A stretch of DNA of 64,000 nt, from IMG/VR virus record IMGVR_UViG_3300032132_000748, one strand, 5' to 3'. How positions within the stretch are numbered: the stretch's first letter is position 1; each line of letters begins with the position of its first letter. The notes under the pieces were generated by a model. It saw only the letters and a program-made list of their open reading frames with translations. It was not told the DNA's origin and ran no database searches. The position numbers were made by a program, and so were the translations under genes. This DNA comes from a virus (lineage: Duplodnaviria > Caudoviricetes). Shown in pieces: positions 8,821 through 18,786 of this stretch.

Positions 8821-10047
8821 ATGCATAGAAAAGATCATCTCCGAGAACTTATCAAAACCGGAAAAAGTCAACAAGAACAAAATGAAGCTCATATCAAAAG
8901 ATATGAAGAAGAATTAAAAGAAATAAAACAAAAGGAGACACGACTCCCCAGCCCAAAGCTAACTGAGCTTCGCCAAACCTTACAGAGAAACCCAGGCTCT
9001 TTTAAAATCCGTCAGGAATTAACAATCCAGGCACTCGAAGAAGAGAACGGAACCTTTGTTGCTTGGCGTGGTGGGGAGGGAACCCCTCCAGAGGCACAGT
9101 TTGTTGAAATCGAGCAACCACTATTTAATTCAGAAAATGTTTTAGATAATCCTCCGATTGTTAAACAACATTTTCACGTTCTCTCTGTATTGGATAATAT
9201 TAATGATTTGAAGGGTTTGTTGGATGTAGTTCAACCGGATTGCATGATTACGCTGCCCCAGCACGATTTGCACTACTTCTCTGAGTTTCAGACGGAACCT
9301 ACTACATATGTAGTAGAAGGATCTGACGTTCCAGTAGAGAATCTAGTTCCTTTTAATCATAAATCGGATAATATATCAGATAAGATTAATTTAGCTGGTG
9401 AAACAGCCGGAGAAACTACCATTGGAGGTAGAACAAAAGGGCTTCTTCAAAGAATTTATCAACCCTTGTATGATACTAATACAGTAGCCACTTCGGGATC
9501 GGGTCAACTAAACTTTTTCCAGGTTCCTTTAGGTGGAAGAATAGCAGGAAGCACTACGCCTAAAACTCAAGTTGATACCAATATGGATCAAGGGGGGAGT
9601 CTTCCTTATCCAAAGAACTTCAAAGTAACTGGAATAAGTGTTATACCGGACGCTTCTGCTAGCTATGAAGACGCAGCAAAGGTGCTTGACGGATCCTGGT
9701 TCCGACTATTTATCGGGACACAGGACTATTACGTGTCTCCTACGCTCCCTCTAGCCTTTGCTCCCGGTAAGCGTAGTCCTGGTATGAGCTTCAGAGTAAA
9801 CAACCCCTTGCGACCCGTTTACTGTTTTCCAGAGCCTATTAGCTTGATTCCCCAGCAAAATTTCCGGGTAGAGCTTAATTTCCCGAAACCTTTTACTAAA
9901 GATAACGCTCTTAGTGAACCTTTACGTATCCGTGTAGTTCTTCATGGATATTTCTATCGAGAAGTTATGGAGATGTTTAAGAGTTTAAAAGCTTTTGATT
10001 ACAGCAGCCAACGTTTAGGTTCCTACGAAGCTGAATCTAAGTTGTAA
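8821..10047 (+). CDS. coiled-coil N-terminus fused to a putative jelly-roll capsid-like domain
   Basis: C-half QPLYDT...FFQVPLG...KTQVDTNM...GSLP.PKNFKVTGI...PQQNFRVELNF...RVVLHGYFYR is beta-rich; capsid-like call is from recall only. Confidence 0.5.
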   Translation: MHRKDHLRELIKTGKSQQEQNEAHIKRYEEELKEIKQKETRLPSPKLTELRQTLQRNPGSFKIRQELTIQALEEENGTFVAWRGGEGTPPEAQFVEIEQPLFNSENVLDNPPIVKQHFHVLSVLDNINDLKGLLDVVQPDCMITLPQHDLHYFSEFQTEPTTYVVEGSDVPVENLVPFNHKSDNISDKINLAGETAGETTIGGRTKGLLQRIYQPLYDTNTVATSGSGQLNFFQVPLGGRIAGSTTPKTQVDTNMDQGGSLPYPKNFKVTGISVIPDASASYEDAAKVLDGSWFRLFIGTQDYYVSPTLPLAFAPGKRSPGMSFRVNNPLRPVYCFPEPISLIPQQNFRVELNFPKPFTKDNALSEPLRIRVVLHGYFYREVMEMFKSLKAFDYSSQRLGSYEAESKL

Positions 10048-10076
10048 TTCCTAGACATATCTAATATCATTTAGAT

Positions 10077-10667
10077 ATGTCAGACGAAAGATTAAGAAAG
10101 CTAGAGCGGGCGGCCCGAAACGGGGATCCAACCGCTCTAGCTTTGTATATAGCCGGATGCAGAAGAGTGGCTATTAGACCCGAACATGGGCTTGCTTGCC
10201 TCCATATTAGAAATACGATCAGGGCAGTAGACCCTTTAGGAGAAGTTTCTTTTAATCAATTAGGGTTTTGGGTGATCGAAGCTCTTGCTACCGATGTAGC
10301 TTTATATACCGATTGCGATTTTCAAGATTACTGCGCAGAAGATAAAACAGATATTCAGGAGTGGTTTGTATTACCGACACAAGAGGAATTAACTATTCTT
10401 AAAGAGCAACACCGTAACCCATTTTTTAGAAATGAACCTTGGTCACCGGCACTATTACTTCAATATACGGAAGAAAGCAACCAAGATCCGAGAATACATG
10501 TTATACCTCCTGAATGGGATCTTCCGAGGGCTGGGTTACTTAAGGTAGATACTAAGAATACCTACTCGGATATTATTTTAAGAGCTTCTAACCCTCCCCA
10601 TATGTGTTATGGCAATTGCTACTGCCAAGCATGTATTATACATGGGTGCTGTTCCTACGAAGACTAA
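10077..10667 (+). CDS. hypothetical protein with N-terminal SDERLRKLER motif and Cys-rich C-terminus
   Basis: 196-aa ORF; TATCAT 6 nt before ATG. Confidence 0.7.
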   Translation: MSDERLRKLERAARNGDPTALALYIAGCRRVAIRPEHGLACLHIRNTIRAVDPLGEVSFNQLGFWVIEALATDVALYTDCDFQDYCAEDKTDIQEWFVLPTQEELTILKEQHRNPFFRNEPWSPALLLQYTEESNQDPRIHVIPPEWDLPRAGLLKVDTKNTYSDIILRASNPPHMCYGNCYCQACIIHGCCSYED

Positions 10668-10720
10668 TCTTTAATTCGGACAAACCTTGCTTAGACCCTT
10701 GTAAACAGTAGCATAAGGCT

Positions 10721-12718
10721 ATGAGTGCAGTAACCCTACACCTAGCAGGTGATAAACTATTAATATCCTTCGATTATAATGAAACAATTGTTTCAAAATT
10801 GAAGAGAATCCCTGGTTGCCGCTGGAAGAAAACCCTAGGTAGGTGGGAAGCCCCTTTAGCAAACTATAGTAGAATCGTTGATTCACTGAATAATGTTATA
10901 GTGTCTACTGCTGTGATGAAACGTCTTGCTGACGAAGCAGCCTTAACACGTAAGGTTGAGATATTAAAAGCAAAAACCTATCATGAACTAGAAGACTACT
11001 CTCCCAAAGTTCCTTTAATGTCCCACCAGAAAAAAGCATTCGAGTTACATCGTATGTTAAAAGGTAGCGGTAACTTCGGGGAAATGGGCTCTGGCAAAAC
11101 GGCATCAGCTATTTGTTCAATTCATTGGCATATAGAGACCGGAAATATCGAAAACGCACTAGTTGTTTGTCCTAAATCAGTTCTCCGGGGCTGGGAAGAA
11201 CAAATTGAGTTCTTTTCTGACCTAAGTTTTATCTCTTTGGTAGGGACTAAACCCGAAAGAATAAGAAAATTAGGACTAAAGAAAGATATTTACCTAATTA
11301 ACTACGCTGGAGCCCGAATTATGGAGGAAGTCCTCCTCGAAAAGGGCTTTAATATGGTAATTACGGACGAAGCTCACCGAATTAAGAACCCACAATCAAA
11401 ACAAAGTAAGGCTTGTTACAACTTAGCAGACAAAGCGGAGTGGAAAATTGCTCTGACGGGCTCCCCTGTATTGAATACAGCACTAGATGCCTTCGGAGTC
11501 ATGCGTTTTATTGATCCAACTGTCTTCGGAGAGAGCTTTTTCGCCTTTCGTAACAAGTATTTTAAGAATGTTGGACCAGAAAACTCACCAATTCAAATTT
11601 ATATACCGCAAGGTGGTGCGGAAAAGGTAATTTCAGACAAGTTAGATACCAGATCGATACGTGTTCTTAAAGATGAGTGTATGGATTTGCCTGTTGCGGT
11701 CCACTTACCTAACAGAATTGTATACTTAAGCCCACAACAAGACCGAGTTTATCGAGATTTGCAAGAAAACTTAGCTGCACAGCTTAGTGAAAACAAATCT
11801 ATTAAAATTAATCACGTATTAACTTTAATGTTGAAGCTTAACCAAATCACTTCTGGTTGGTATAAGGACTCAGATACCGGTGAAATTACACACTTCAAGA
11901 CAAATCCCAAGTTTAATGCCCTAAAAGAGGTAGTAACGGACGCCGGTGAGCAAGCAATTATCATTTGGGCCTACTACAAGGAGGATATGAAGCTAATAAC
12001 TAACTATTACGGACGTTGTCAGAAGTGTAAAGAGTCTGTAAATTTAGTTGGTGGCGAAAAATGTCCCAAATGCCACACTGTAATTAAAAACAGATGTTCA
12101 GAAGTGCAGGGTTCGACTAAAAGAAGAAACGCAGAAATAGCTAGATTCAGATTTACTCCAGAAGAAAGAGCAAAATTACGCGCTAGATTCATAGAAGAGG
12201 GGATGAAAGCGACTGAAATTAGAGATGAACTAGGAGATTTATTAGACGATGGTAGTGAACCCCCACAAAGTAATATATTTGCAGCACAAGTTACCGCAGC
12301 TTCTGAGGGCCTTAACCTTCAACGAAGCACTATGTCCGTCTTTTATAGTCGAAACTGGTCACTAAAAGACTGGGTTCAAGCTCTGGCTAGAAATCACCGT
12401 AAGGGACAAACAAAGAAGGTGACCTACGTTAACCTCGTAGCCCAAATGCAGAGCGGTGACCCTACTGTTGACCAACGTATCGTTGATGCCCTCACTAAAA
12501 AGGAAAATCTCTCTAAAAGGATCAACAAAGACGATATCAAGTTGCTAACTGGAAATTACAAAAAGAAAAATCGGGAAGCTTTTAAGGATATTGTCATTGA
12601 AGAGGAGAAAAAAGAGATGGATCGCCCTAAGCAAGAAGACGACCCATCGGACAACGGCGAAGCCCCTCCTGAGTTTACAGCACCCTCTGAGCCTCCCACA
12701 CAAGGAGGTCTGTTCTAA
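10721..12718 (+). CDS. SNF2-family helicase/ATPase with HARP-like N-terminus and Zn-ribbon insertion
   Basis: GEMGSGKT, DEAH, LTGSP, EGLNLQ, QALARNHRKGQ motifs; CQKC...CPKC insert. Confidence 0.9.
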   Translation: MSAVTLHLAGDKLLISFDYNETIVSKLKRIPGCRWKKTLGRWEAPLANYSRIVDSLNNVIVSTAVMKRLADEAALTRKVEILKAKTYHELEDYSPKVPLMSHQKKAFELHRMLKGSGNFGEMGSGKTASAICSIHWHIETGNIENALVVCPKSVLRGWEEQIEFFSDLSFISLVGTKPERIRKLGLKKDIYLINYAGARIMEEVLLEKGFNMVITDEAHRIKNPQSKQSKACYNLADKAEWKIALTGSPVLNTALDAFGVMRFIDPTVFGESFFAFRNKYFKNVGPENSPIQIYIPQGGAEKVISDKLDTRSIRVLKDECMDLPVAVHLPNRIVYLSPQQDRVYRDLQENLAAQLSENKSIKINHVLTLMLKLNQITSGWYKDSDTGEITHFKTNPKFNALKEVVTDAGEQAIIIWAYYKEDMKLITNYYGRCQKCKESVNLVGGEKCPKCHTVIKNRCSEVQGSTKRRNAEIARFRFTPEERAKLRARFIEEGMKATEIRDELGDLLDDGSEPPQSNIFAAQVTAASEGLNLQRSTMSVFYSRNWSLKDWVQALARNHRKGQTKKVTYVNLVAQMQSGDPTVDQRIVDALTKKENLSKRINKDDIKLLTGNYKKKNREAFKDIVIEEEKKEMDRPKQEDDPSDNGEAPPEFTAPSEPPTQGGLF

Positions 12719-13146
12719 TGAATTGTGGATGTGATTACTGCACAGAAAAGATCTGTGAGCTAGAAGAGTTATTTAAGACTAATAAAAATATCTATAAAAT
12801 CGATATTAGTAGAACGGTAAACGTCACTCTTACCTCAAAAAAGGAATTAACCGAACAAGAACGAAATGAAATATATGAATTAGAAGGTAAAGCCGTCTCA
12901 TATCTATCAATAGACGGCTTAGATTTTCGTCTTAAAGCTCCCCCAAAAAAACCTTTGAGCCGTCTCTATCCTGAGAAACAAATTTCAATAGCAGATTACT
13001 ATAAACATACACCAAAAGGCTGCCTCAGATGCATCAAACTTCTAAGCAGAGGGGCGCAACCTGAGCGACTAGGGACACAAATTTGCGGATGTCTTTGGCA
13101 AATTAACGATGAACAATCAATAATATATAAACGAAAATCAAAATGA
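12718..13146 (+). CDS. hypothetical Cys-rich protein
   Basis: TAATG coupling; CGCDYC and CxxC...CGCLW. Confidence 0.65.
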   Translation: MNCGCDYCTEKICELEELFKTNKNIYKIDISRTVNVTLTSKKELTEQERNEIYELEGKAVSYLSIDGLDFRLKAPPKKPLSRLYPEKQISIADYYKHTPKGCLRCIKLLSRGAQPERLGTQICGCLWQINDEQSIIYKRKSK

Positions 13147-13328
13147 CTGAACAGCTTACCTCCCGAGGCCAAACCCAAGATGGCCTTACCTTTACCTGCC
13201 CCCGCCACGGAAAACAAGGATTCCATTCTATGTCCTGGGCATTACCTGAATACACTGGAATTCAATTAACTTGTGGTTGCTTTTGGCGAGCAAACAAAGA
13301 CGGGTCCTTAACCCATAGAAGAGTATAG
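13143..13328 (+). CDS. small Zn-ribbon-like protein
   Basis: ATGA overlap; CPRH...CGCFW. Confidence 0.6.
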   Translation: MTEQLTSRGQTQDGLTFTCPRHGKQGFHSMSWALPEYTGIQLTCGCFWRANKDGSLTHRRV

Positions 13329-13633
13329 TGAATAACAAAGAAGAAATTATAGAAGCCTTAATTCACGGACGTTTACGCGAAGTAAATAAGCGTTGGCCTA
13401 AAATTTTTGGGAAAAATAAATTCCAAGAGTTTGAACGATGGATAGCGACCCAAAAAGATGAAGAGCTAATTACAATAACTTTTAATCTAGGCGGTCAAAC
13501 TACCAATAACCAGATGGAAAACTATAGTTGCATCCTTTCCGGCTCACCCGTCTACCAAAATGGATGTATCGAAGTTTCGGGGATGAGTTTTTCACCCTCG
13601 TCGAATTTCCCCTTTGGCTATCTTTTTTCTTAG
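13328..13633 (+). CDS. hypothetical protein
   Basis: TAGTG stop/start overlap. Confidence 0.55.
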   Translation: MNNKEEIIEALIHGRLREVNKRWPKIFGKNKFQEFERWIATQKDEELITITFNLGGQTTNNQMENYSCILSGSPVYQNGCIEVSGMSFSPSSNFPFGYLFS

Positions 13634-13644
13634 AGGATTTTAAA

Positions 13645-13968
13645 ATGATGTGTCCCGAATGCGGAACCCAGGATGCCCAACAATTACTACTAACTATTCG
13701 CTGCTCTAATAATAAATGCAAACACTATGATGTTAAGCACGAAATACAAGTAACTAAGAACCGGCTTGCAGAGGTGGATAAACAAATTACTAGTTTAGAG
13801 AAACAAAAAAAGGTTTTAAAGAGTCATCTCCAAAATCTAGGCGGGTTAGTAGTAGAAGATCCTTTTGATTCAGCCATAAAAGCTTATTTACAAAGAAAAC
13901 TTCAGATAGATATGGTCCAAGAACTTAACGGAGTATTAATAGAGAAATCCATATCTTTCACTTCCTAG
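13645..13968 (+). CDS. Zn-finger/coiled-coil hypothetical protein
   Basis: GAGG RBS before ATG 13645; CPEC...CSNNKC. Confidence 0.6.
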   Translation: MMCPECGTQDAQQLLLTIRCSNNKCKHYDVKHEIQVTKNRLAEVDKQITSLEKQKKVLKSHLQNLGGLVVEDPFDSAIKAYLQRKLQIDMVQELNGVLIEKSISFTS

Positions 13969-14630
13969 CGCAACTATCTCATCAATATTTGGAATCAACT
14001 TATAGGTTTCTAAACTATTTAATTTTGAGTTACTCGGATCTAGCAGTTCTGATATTCTTGGGCTGTAGTGAGGTTCTACTCCTACAAACTCAAATAACTC
14101 TTGAACCATTTCGAGGCTTTTTGGTAATGATCGATAAAGATCTCATAAAAAATGTTTAAATGAGATAACTGGTTATCCTGAATATACTTGTCATACTGGA
14201 CAAAGGATACCTCTCTTCTTTTCAGGTCAGCTTTAAAGGATTTTATATCAATTTTATGATATTTATGGTTCTTGACTACAGATCGATCAGTATCCCAGTG
14301 TTTTGATTGGCGAGATATGGAATGAGATAGGACTCCCTGTAGATGGTTTTTTCTTCGAAGCACAATTATAACTTCTGCTGATGAGAGAATTCTTTTATTT
14401 GCTTCAAGGGAGCCTTGACCTACAAGGTGCTTGAACCCGTTACACTCAGACCACAATTCTTTCAAACCTTTTTTTGTTAAAGAATATTGCTTTATCTGGT
14501 ATTTCCTGGTATGTCTACCTTTGTTAAAGGGCTCCCCTATTAGTTTAAGTTGGGGATGTGATCCCATAACACGAACTAAAGTGGACGACCCACTTCTAGG
14601 CTGCCCAAAAATGATAAAACGTTTACTCAT
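13936..14630 (-). pseudogene. sulfotransferase (Stf0-like) with a single-base frameshift near 14142
   Basis: GQPRSGSS PAPS-binding motif, GEPFN, LRRKN; the C-terminus (DLY...LFEFVGV...IPNIDEI...GFLY) continues in the -1 frame to a stop at 13936. Confidence 0.75.
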
Positions 14631-14672
14631 TACAACAGTATACCTTAGATTGTCGCATACAGTCCATAACCA

Positions 14673-14717
14673 TTGCCCACATCATCTTCCCTGCAATAAT
14701 AAGGTAGGGAAGATAAA
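14673..14717 (+). promoter_or_regulatory. promoter inside an RBS-sequestering inverted repeat
   Basis: ATCTTCCCT (14684-92) / AGGGAAGAT (14706-14) flank a -10-like box; TTGCCC upstream. Confidence 0.6.
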
Positions 14718-15374
14718 ATGCTTAAACAGAGTAAGAAAAAAGTAAAAACATTTGTTAAATTTTTACGAAATAAGTTGTTGTTAGAGGGGCTCTCCAAGCC
14801 CTATATCCATTCAATGGATGATGATACTGTTCTCGATAGCTTTAGAAAATGTGCTGATTGTGACGAAGTGATCTGCACTAAAGATCAACAAATGCATGCT
14901 ATTCTTGAGTTTGATACCCCAGAACGGGTTTTTGAGGTCCTTTACGAGGAAGATCAACCCCATGACTCATCAGAAGATGAAAACGATGAAGACGAAGGCG
15001 AGGAATATGAAGATATCAAGCAAATCAATTTCAATTTTGAAGATCTAGAACTAACAGATCTAGCCGAACTTGACCTAGACGAAGATGAGGCGGAACTAGT
15101 AGATGAGATTTGTGAAGGTTGTTTCGACGCTATCGTGAAACATTTTGGTGAAGAAGATGATGGCCCTTCTGGTGCGCATAAAGCTATTGATGACGCAGAG
15201 GATGAGGAAATAGTCCGAGGAAAATGGATTCTTGATGGAACCACAACCATGACCCAAATGATTGACAACTTAGAAAACTTTATAGAATATATGAAGAAGC
15301 TAAGAGAGTCTGGTTTCGAATTAGCCCACCCAATAGAGGACGATTATGGATACCTTATCAAAAGAAAAGGATAG
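14718..15374 (+). CDS. acidic hypothetical protein
   Basis: 218-aa ORF with D/E-rich centre and RBS. Confidence 0.7.
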   Translation: MLKQSKKKVKTFVKFLRNKLLLEGLSKPYIHSMDDDTVLDSFRKCADCDEVICTKDQQMHAILEFDTPERVFEVLYEEDQPHDSSEDENDEDEGEEYEDIKQINFNFEDLELTDLAELDLDEDEAELVDEICEGCFDAIVKHFGEEDDGPSGAHKAIDDAEDEEIVRGKWILDGTTTMTQMIDNLENFIEYMKKLRESGFELAHPIEDDYGYLIKRKG

Positions 15375-15684
15375 TGGAGCAACTCCAATACTCTCAAAGG
15401 AGGCTCTTTGCCAAGAATGCGGGACGGGGTTAGACGCTAACTGTAATAAAATTTATGGAATGTGGCTGTGTGACTCTTGTGAGAATAGTCAGGTTACTAA
15501 AGCCGTAGTTGTTGCTTATACCAATTACAAAGGCACTACCGCAGTCCGATCAATCATCCCCAAAACAATTTATTTTGGCTCAAATGAGTGGCATAAGGAG
15601 CCCCAGTGGCTTCTAACGGCTTTTGATTTGGACAAAAATGCAGATAGGCACTTTGCTATGGCGGATATCCATAGCTGGCAATAA
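15346..15684 (+). CDS. Zn-finger plus WYL-like domain protein
   Basis: CxxC...CxxC then YTNYKG...R.I.P...WLL.AFDLDKNADRHF. Confidence 0.7.
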   Translation: MDTLSKEKDSGATPILSKEALCQECGTGLDANCNKIYGMWLCDSCENSQVTKAVVVAYTNYKGTTAVRSIIPKTIYFGSNEWHKEPQWLLTAFDLDKNADRHFAMADIHSWQ

Positions 15685-15686
15685 CT

Positions 15687-16640
15687 ATGCTCAAACACAT
15701 AATAAAATCACAACAATTTAGTCCTGAAGAAATTCAGAAACTATTTCTACGTACTGCTCAAATGCAGCAACAGTTCATTAATCCTGTAGGAAGAACTGTG
15801 TTAAGACAAAGTTTCTTAACTAATAAATTGTTGTTTAACATTTTTTACGAACCTTCAACAAGAACTAGGTTTAGCTTTGCAGCCGCTGCCAACCATCTAG
15901 GTATGCAAGTAGTTGATACCGAAGCTGCTAATCATTTCTCGTCTGTGACGAAGGGCGAGACACTAGAAGATACGATAAAAGTTCTCTGTCAGTATTATCC
16001 CGATGCAATTGTTTTAAGGCACGATCAAACTGGCGCAGCCGAGCGTGCAGCGGCAGTAAGTAATTGCCCTATTATCAATGCTGGAGACGGAAAAGGGCAG
16101 CATCCCACACAGGCACTTCTTGATTTATATACTGTCTGGAAGCGGTTAAAAACTCTTAACGGTCTGACAATTCTAGTTGGGGGTGATCTTGCCCATGGAC
16201 GTACTGTGCGCTCCTTGGTTTATTTATTTTCCAAGTTCCAAGGAACTCAATTTATATTCTGTTCTCCAGAACAACTGAGAATGCTACCAGACATTAAAGA
16301 ACACTTGGAAGAAAATAACATAGTTTACACGGAAGTTTTTGAGAATGCTAACAAGGTTCTCCCTTTAGCTGATGTTGTCTATTGGACACGGGTTCAAGCC
16401 GAGCGAATTGAGGATCCAAACTTGGATCCCGAAGAACTTAGAAAACAATTTGTAATAAACACAGAGAGTATGGCTTTCATGAAACCATATTCTGTATTAA
16501 TGCACCCACTGCCTCGGGTTGGTGAAATTACTACCGACTGCGACCGAGATGTTAGGGCTGCTTATTTTGAACAAGCAGGTAATGGCATGTTTGTTCGGAT
16601 GGCTCTACTAGAGAACATACTTAAAAAAGACGGCATTTAA
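15687..16640 (+). CDS. pyrB: aspartate carbamoyltransferase catalytic subunit
   Basis: FYEPSTRTRFSF, KGETLEDT, NAGDG..HPTQALLD, MHPLPR. Confidence 0.95.
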   Translation: MLKHIIKSQQFSPEEIQKLFLRTAQMQQQFINPVGRTVLRQSFLTNKLLFNIFYEPSTRTRFSFAAAANHLGMQVVDTEAANHFSSVTKGETLEDTIKVLCQYYPDAIVLRHDQTGAAERAAAVSNCPIINAGDGKGQHPTQALLDLYTVWKRLKTLNGLTILVGGDLAHGRTVRSLVYLFSKFQGTQFIFCSPEQLRMLPDIKEHLEENNIVYTEVFENANKVLPLADVVYWTRVQAERIEDPNLDPEELRKQFVINTESMAFMKPYSVLMHPLPRVGEITTDCDRDVRAAYFEQAGNGMFVRMALLENILKKDGI

Positions 16641-17020
16641 TGAAATACACTAGAAAACTTAAAAAGAAAAAGAAACGAAGAATAGTTCCACCACAACAAT
16701 TAACTTTGTGGCCTTCGCTTACTACAACACCCGCCCCTTTAATTAGTGGTATAGGTTCAGCTATCCCTGCGAGAGGGGCAGATATCACCTTTTCTCCAGG
16801 TAAAGGCGAGAAAGGGATGCGCGATGGCAAGATCGGATTTAATGACGGCGATGGTGATGAGATTCTTTCCATCAATTCTGATAAAACCATTACAATTCTT
16901 GGAGAAACTTTTGACCTTCAAGAAGTCAAATCTTGGCTAGCTAAAACCTTTAAGTCCGGTGGATGCCAGTGCTCCTTAAAACAAATTATGAGCCAGGGGT
17001 GTGGTTGTGGCGGTAACTAA
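16640..17020 (+). CDS. hypothetical protein with C-terminal Cys4 tag
   Basis: ends CQCSLKQIMSQGCGCGGN. Confidence 0.75.
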   Translation: MKYTRKLKKKKKRRIVPPQQLTLWPSLTTTPAPLISGIGSAIPARGADITFSPGKGEKGMRDGKIGFNDGDGDEILSINSDKTITILGETFDLQEVKSWLAKTFKSGGCQCSLKQIMSQGCGCGGN

Positions 17021-17321
17021 AAAACTTCATAAACTTGAAGACGTACTAGACATAGTGGATCAATTATTAGCTGATGGTAAGATTGAAGAAGCTAATGCTA
17101 CTATCGATGACATTATGGATGCTCTCGGTGACAATGGCATAGACTTAATTAAAAAAGCAAAAGCTTTAGACGCAGAAAAAGACAAAACAAAAAAGGCCAA
17201 GCTGGCCAGAGAACTCAATATAGAGATGACTAAAGCAATTGTTGAAAAACTTGGTTTAGATAAATGTTCGTGTACAAGTGAAACTATATTTACTAAAGGA
17301 TGTATTTGTGGAGGAAAATAA
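17001..17321 (+). CDS. hypothetical helical protein with C-terminal Cys4 tag
   Basis: ends CSCTSETIFTKGCICGGK. Confidence 0.75.
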   Translation: MVVAVTKKLHKLEDVLDIVDQLLADGKIEEANATIDDIMDALGDNGIDLIKKAKALDAEKDKTKKAKLARELNIEMTKAIVEKLGLDKCSCTSETIFTKGCICGGK

Positions 17322-17526
17322 AGTATCAGCGGCTGAGTGGAAGGAGTTTATTTTAAATTACTATCTCCATAAATTAGAGCATATTCTCGAAGATGACCAA
17401 TATGTGATGGGCTCGGAATCTTCTGAAACCTTTGAAGAAAGGGTTTTTGATGAAGAAATTGACTACGACCAAATCACATTTAAGATCCACGATCAAATCA
17501 TGGAAAAAATCAGAGAAATATCATGA
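17278..17526 (+). CDS. small acidic hypothetical protein (start uncertain)
   Basis: fills the gap in a coupled gene run; ATGA overlap with the next gene. Confidence 0.55.
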   Translation: MKLYLLKDVFVEENKVSAAEWKEFILNYYLHKLEHILEDDQYVMGSESSETFEERVFDEEIDYDQITFKIHDQIMEKIREIS

Positions 17527-17912
17527 CCGTAAACGTTGAAGAAGAGGCCAAACGCTTTTGGCGGGAAATGAAGTTCAACAATATTTGTTGCAACGATAAA
17601 GATTGTAAAATGGATGTTGATCTAGTTGATGACAAAGTCGAAGTTAGCCTGGTTAAGCACAACTACGTTGTAACGATTCATAGAATTGAATCCATGGCAG
17701 GTATGGTCAACGTCAAAGATCCAGCTAAGTGGTGGGAAAGTGTAGGGACACTCTCCCACTCTCAAAATGAACTTAATTTTTGGAATAGGGTGGCCGAACT
17801 CTATCAAAAAATTCCTTTATGGATGTTTGAGTTCGAACTAGACGGGGATCACGCCTGTATCTGCGAAACAACTACTATAGTAGCTCAGGGCTGCCAGTGT
17901 GGAGGAATTTAA
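17523..17912 (+). CDS. hypothetical protein with C-terminal Cys4 tag
   Basis: ends CICETTTIVAQGCQCGGI. Confidence 0.75.
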   Translation: MTVNVEEEAKRFWREMKFNNICCNDKDCKMDVDLVDDKVEVSLVKHNYVVTIHRIESMAGMVNVKDPAKWWESVGTLSHSQNELNFWNRVAELYQKIPLWMFEFELDGDHACICETTTIVAQGCQCGGI

Positions 17913-18349
17913 TGAAAGCGTGGTATGTAGAAACCCCCTCTCGCCCTATTATACGGAGCAAAGAGGATTTTTCTAAGGATCACATAGAGAGAATTCCCAC
18001 CCATATGTCAATTCTCTATGAAGTAGAGATTCTAGAAGAAACGAGTAGGATCTCAGATAGGTCAAAAATTTGTCTCACGGAAGAAATTTGGAGGTCCCCA
18101 GAGATAAACGAGCGGGTGGGCTATGGCAGGTCGATCAACGGATCTCTAAAGGGCAACACCCTTTTTCTACCAAAAACAAATATCTTTTATTCTAGGATCG
18201 AAGCTATTCAAGAACATCAAAAAAGATGTAGAGAATTTATCCTAGAAGCAAGTGAGAGATGGAAAGCTCAAGCTGAAGTATTTCTTAATTACGATGATCA
18301 CCTAACAGATGCTAAATATACATCACCGTTTACAGGAGAAGAAAAATGA
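17912..18349 (+). CDS. hypothetical protein with C-terminal KYxSPFTxE motif
   Basis: GGAGGA RBS and TAATG coupling give start 17912. Confidence 0.7.
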   Translation: MKAWYVETPSRPIIRSKEDFSKDHIERIPTHMSILYEVEILEETSRISDRSKICLTEEIWRSPEINERVGYGRSINGSLKGNTLFLPKTNIFYSRIEAIQEHQKRCREFILEASERWKAQAEVFLNYDDHLTDAKYTSPFTGEEK

Positions 18350-18786
18350 AAACCTTTCTAATTATTCAGATGACTGCTGGTGAGTATGAACATGATGATG
18401 AGGAACGTCATATCGTATCAGGAGAAACTTTTGAAGAAGCCCTTAAGCAAACCTATTTACACGAGTCCATTGAAGAGTGGGTGGTTAACTTAAACCCAGG
18501 GGATCCCTGGCCAACAAACGTGGTCAAAGACTTGGGAGAGTGCTACCAACCTAGGATGGAAGTATATCAGATTGAAAAAGTTCTAGATAATAAAGAAGTT
18601 AAAGAGTCCCTGGATACTTATTTAAACGGGGTCTTAGCTAAAGCGGTAGAAGAAGAAAAAGTATATCAAGCGGAAGCCCCTAAGAGAGAAAAAGAAGCTA
18701 AGATGGAGGCCCTACAAAAGGCTGCAGCAGAGCTTGGTATGGATCTTAAACCGAAGAAAAAGAAAGCCGCTAAAAAGAAAGCCTAG
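18346..18786 (+). CDS. hypothetical protein with Lys/Ala-rich tail
   Basis: AGGAG RBS, ATGA overlap. Confidence 0.7.
   Translation: MKTFLIIQMTAGEYEHDDEERHIVSGETFEEALKQTYLHESIEEWVVNLNPGDPWPTNVVKDLGECYQPRMEVYQIEKVLDNKEVKESLDTYLNGVLAKAVEEEKVYQAEAPKREKEAKMEALQKAAAELGMDLKPKKKKAAKKKA

Noticed and set aside
10600-10667. C-terminus NCYCQACIIHGCCSYED as a seventh Cys4 tag
   Set aside because: Spacing (CxC-x6-GCC) and ending differ from the invariant pattern
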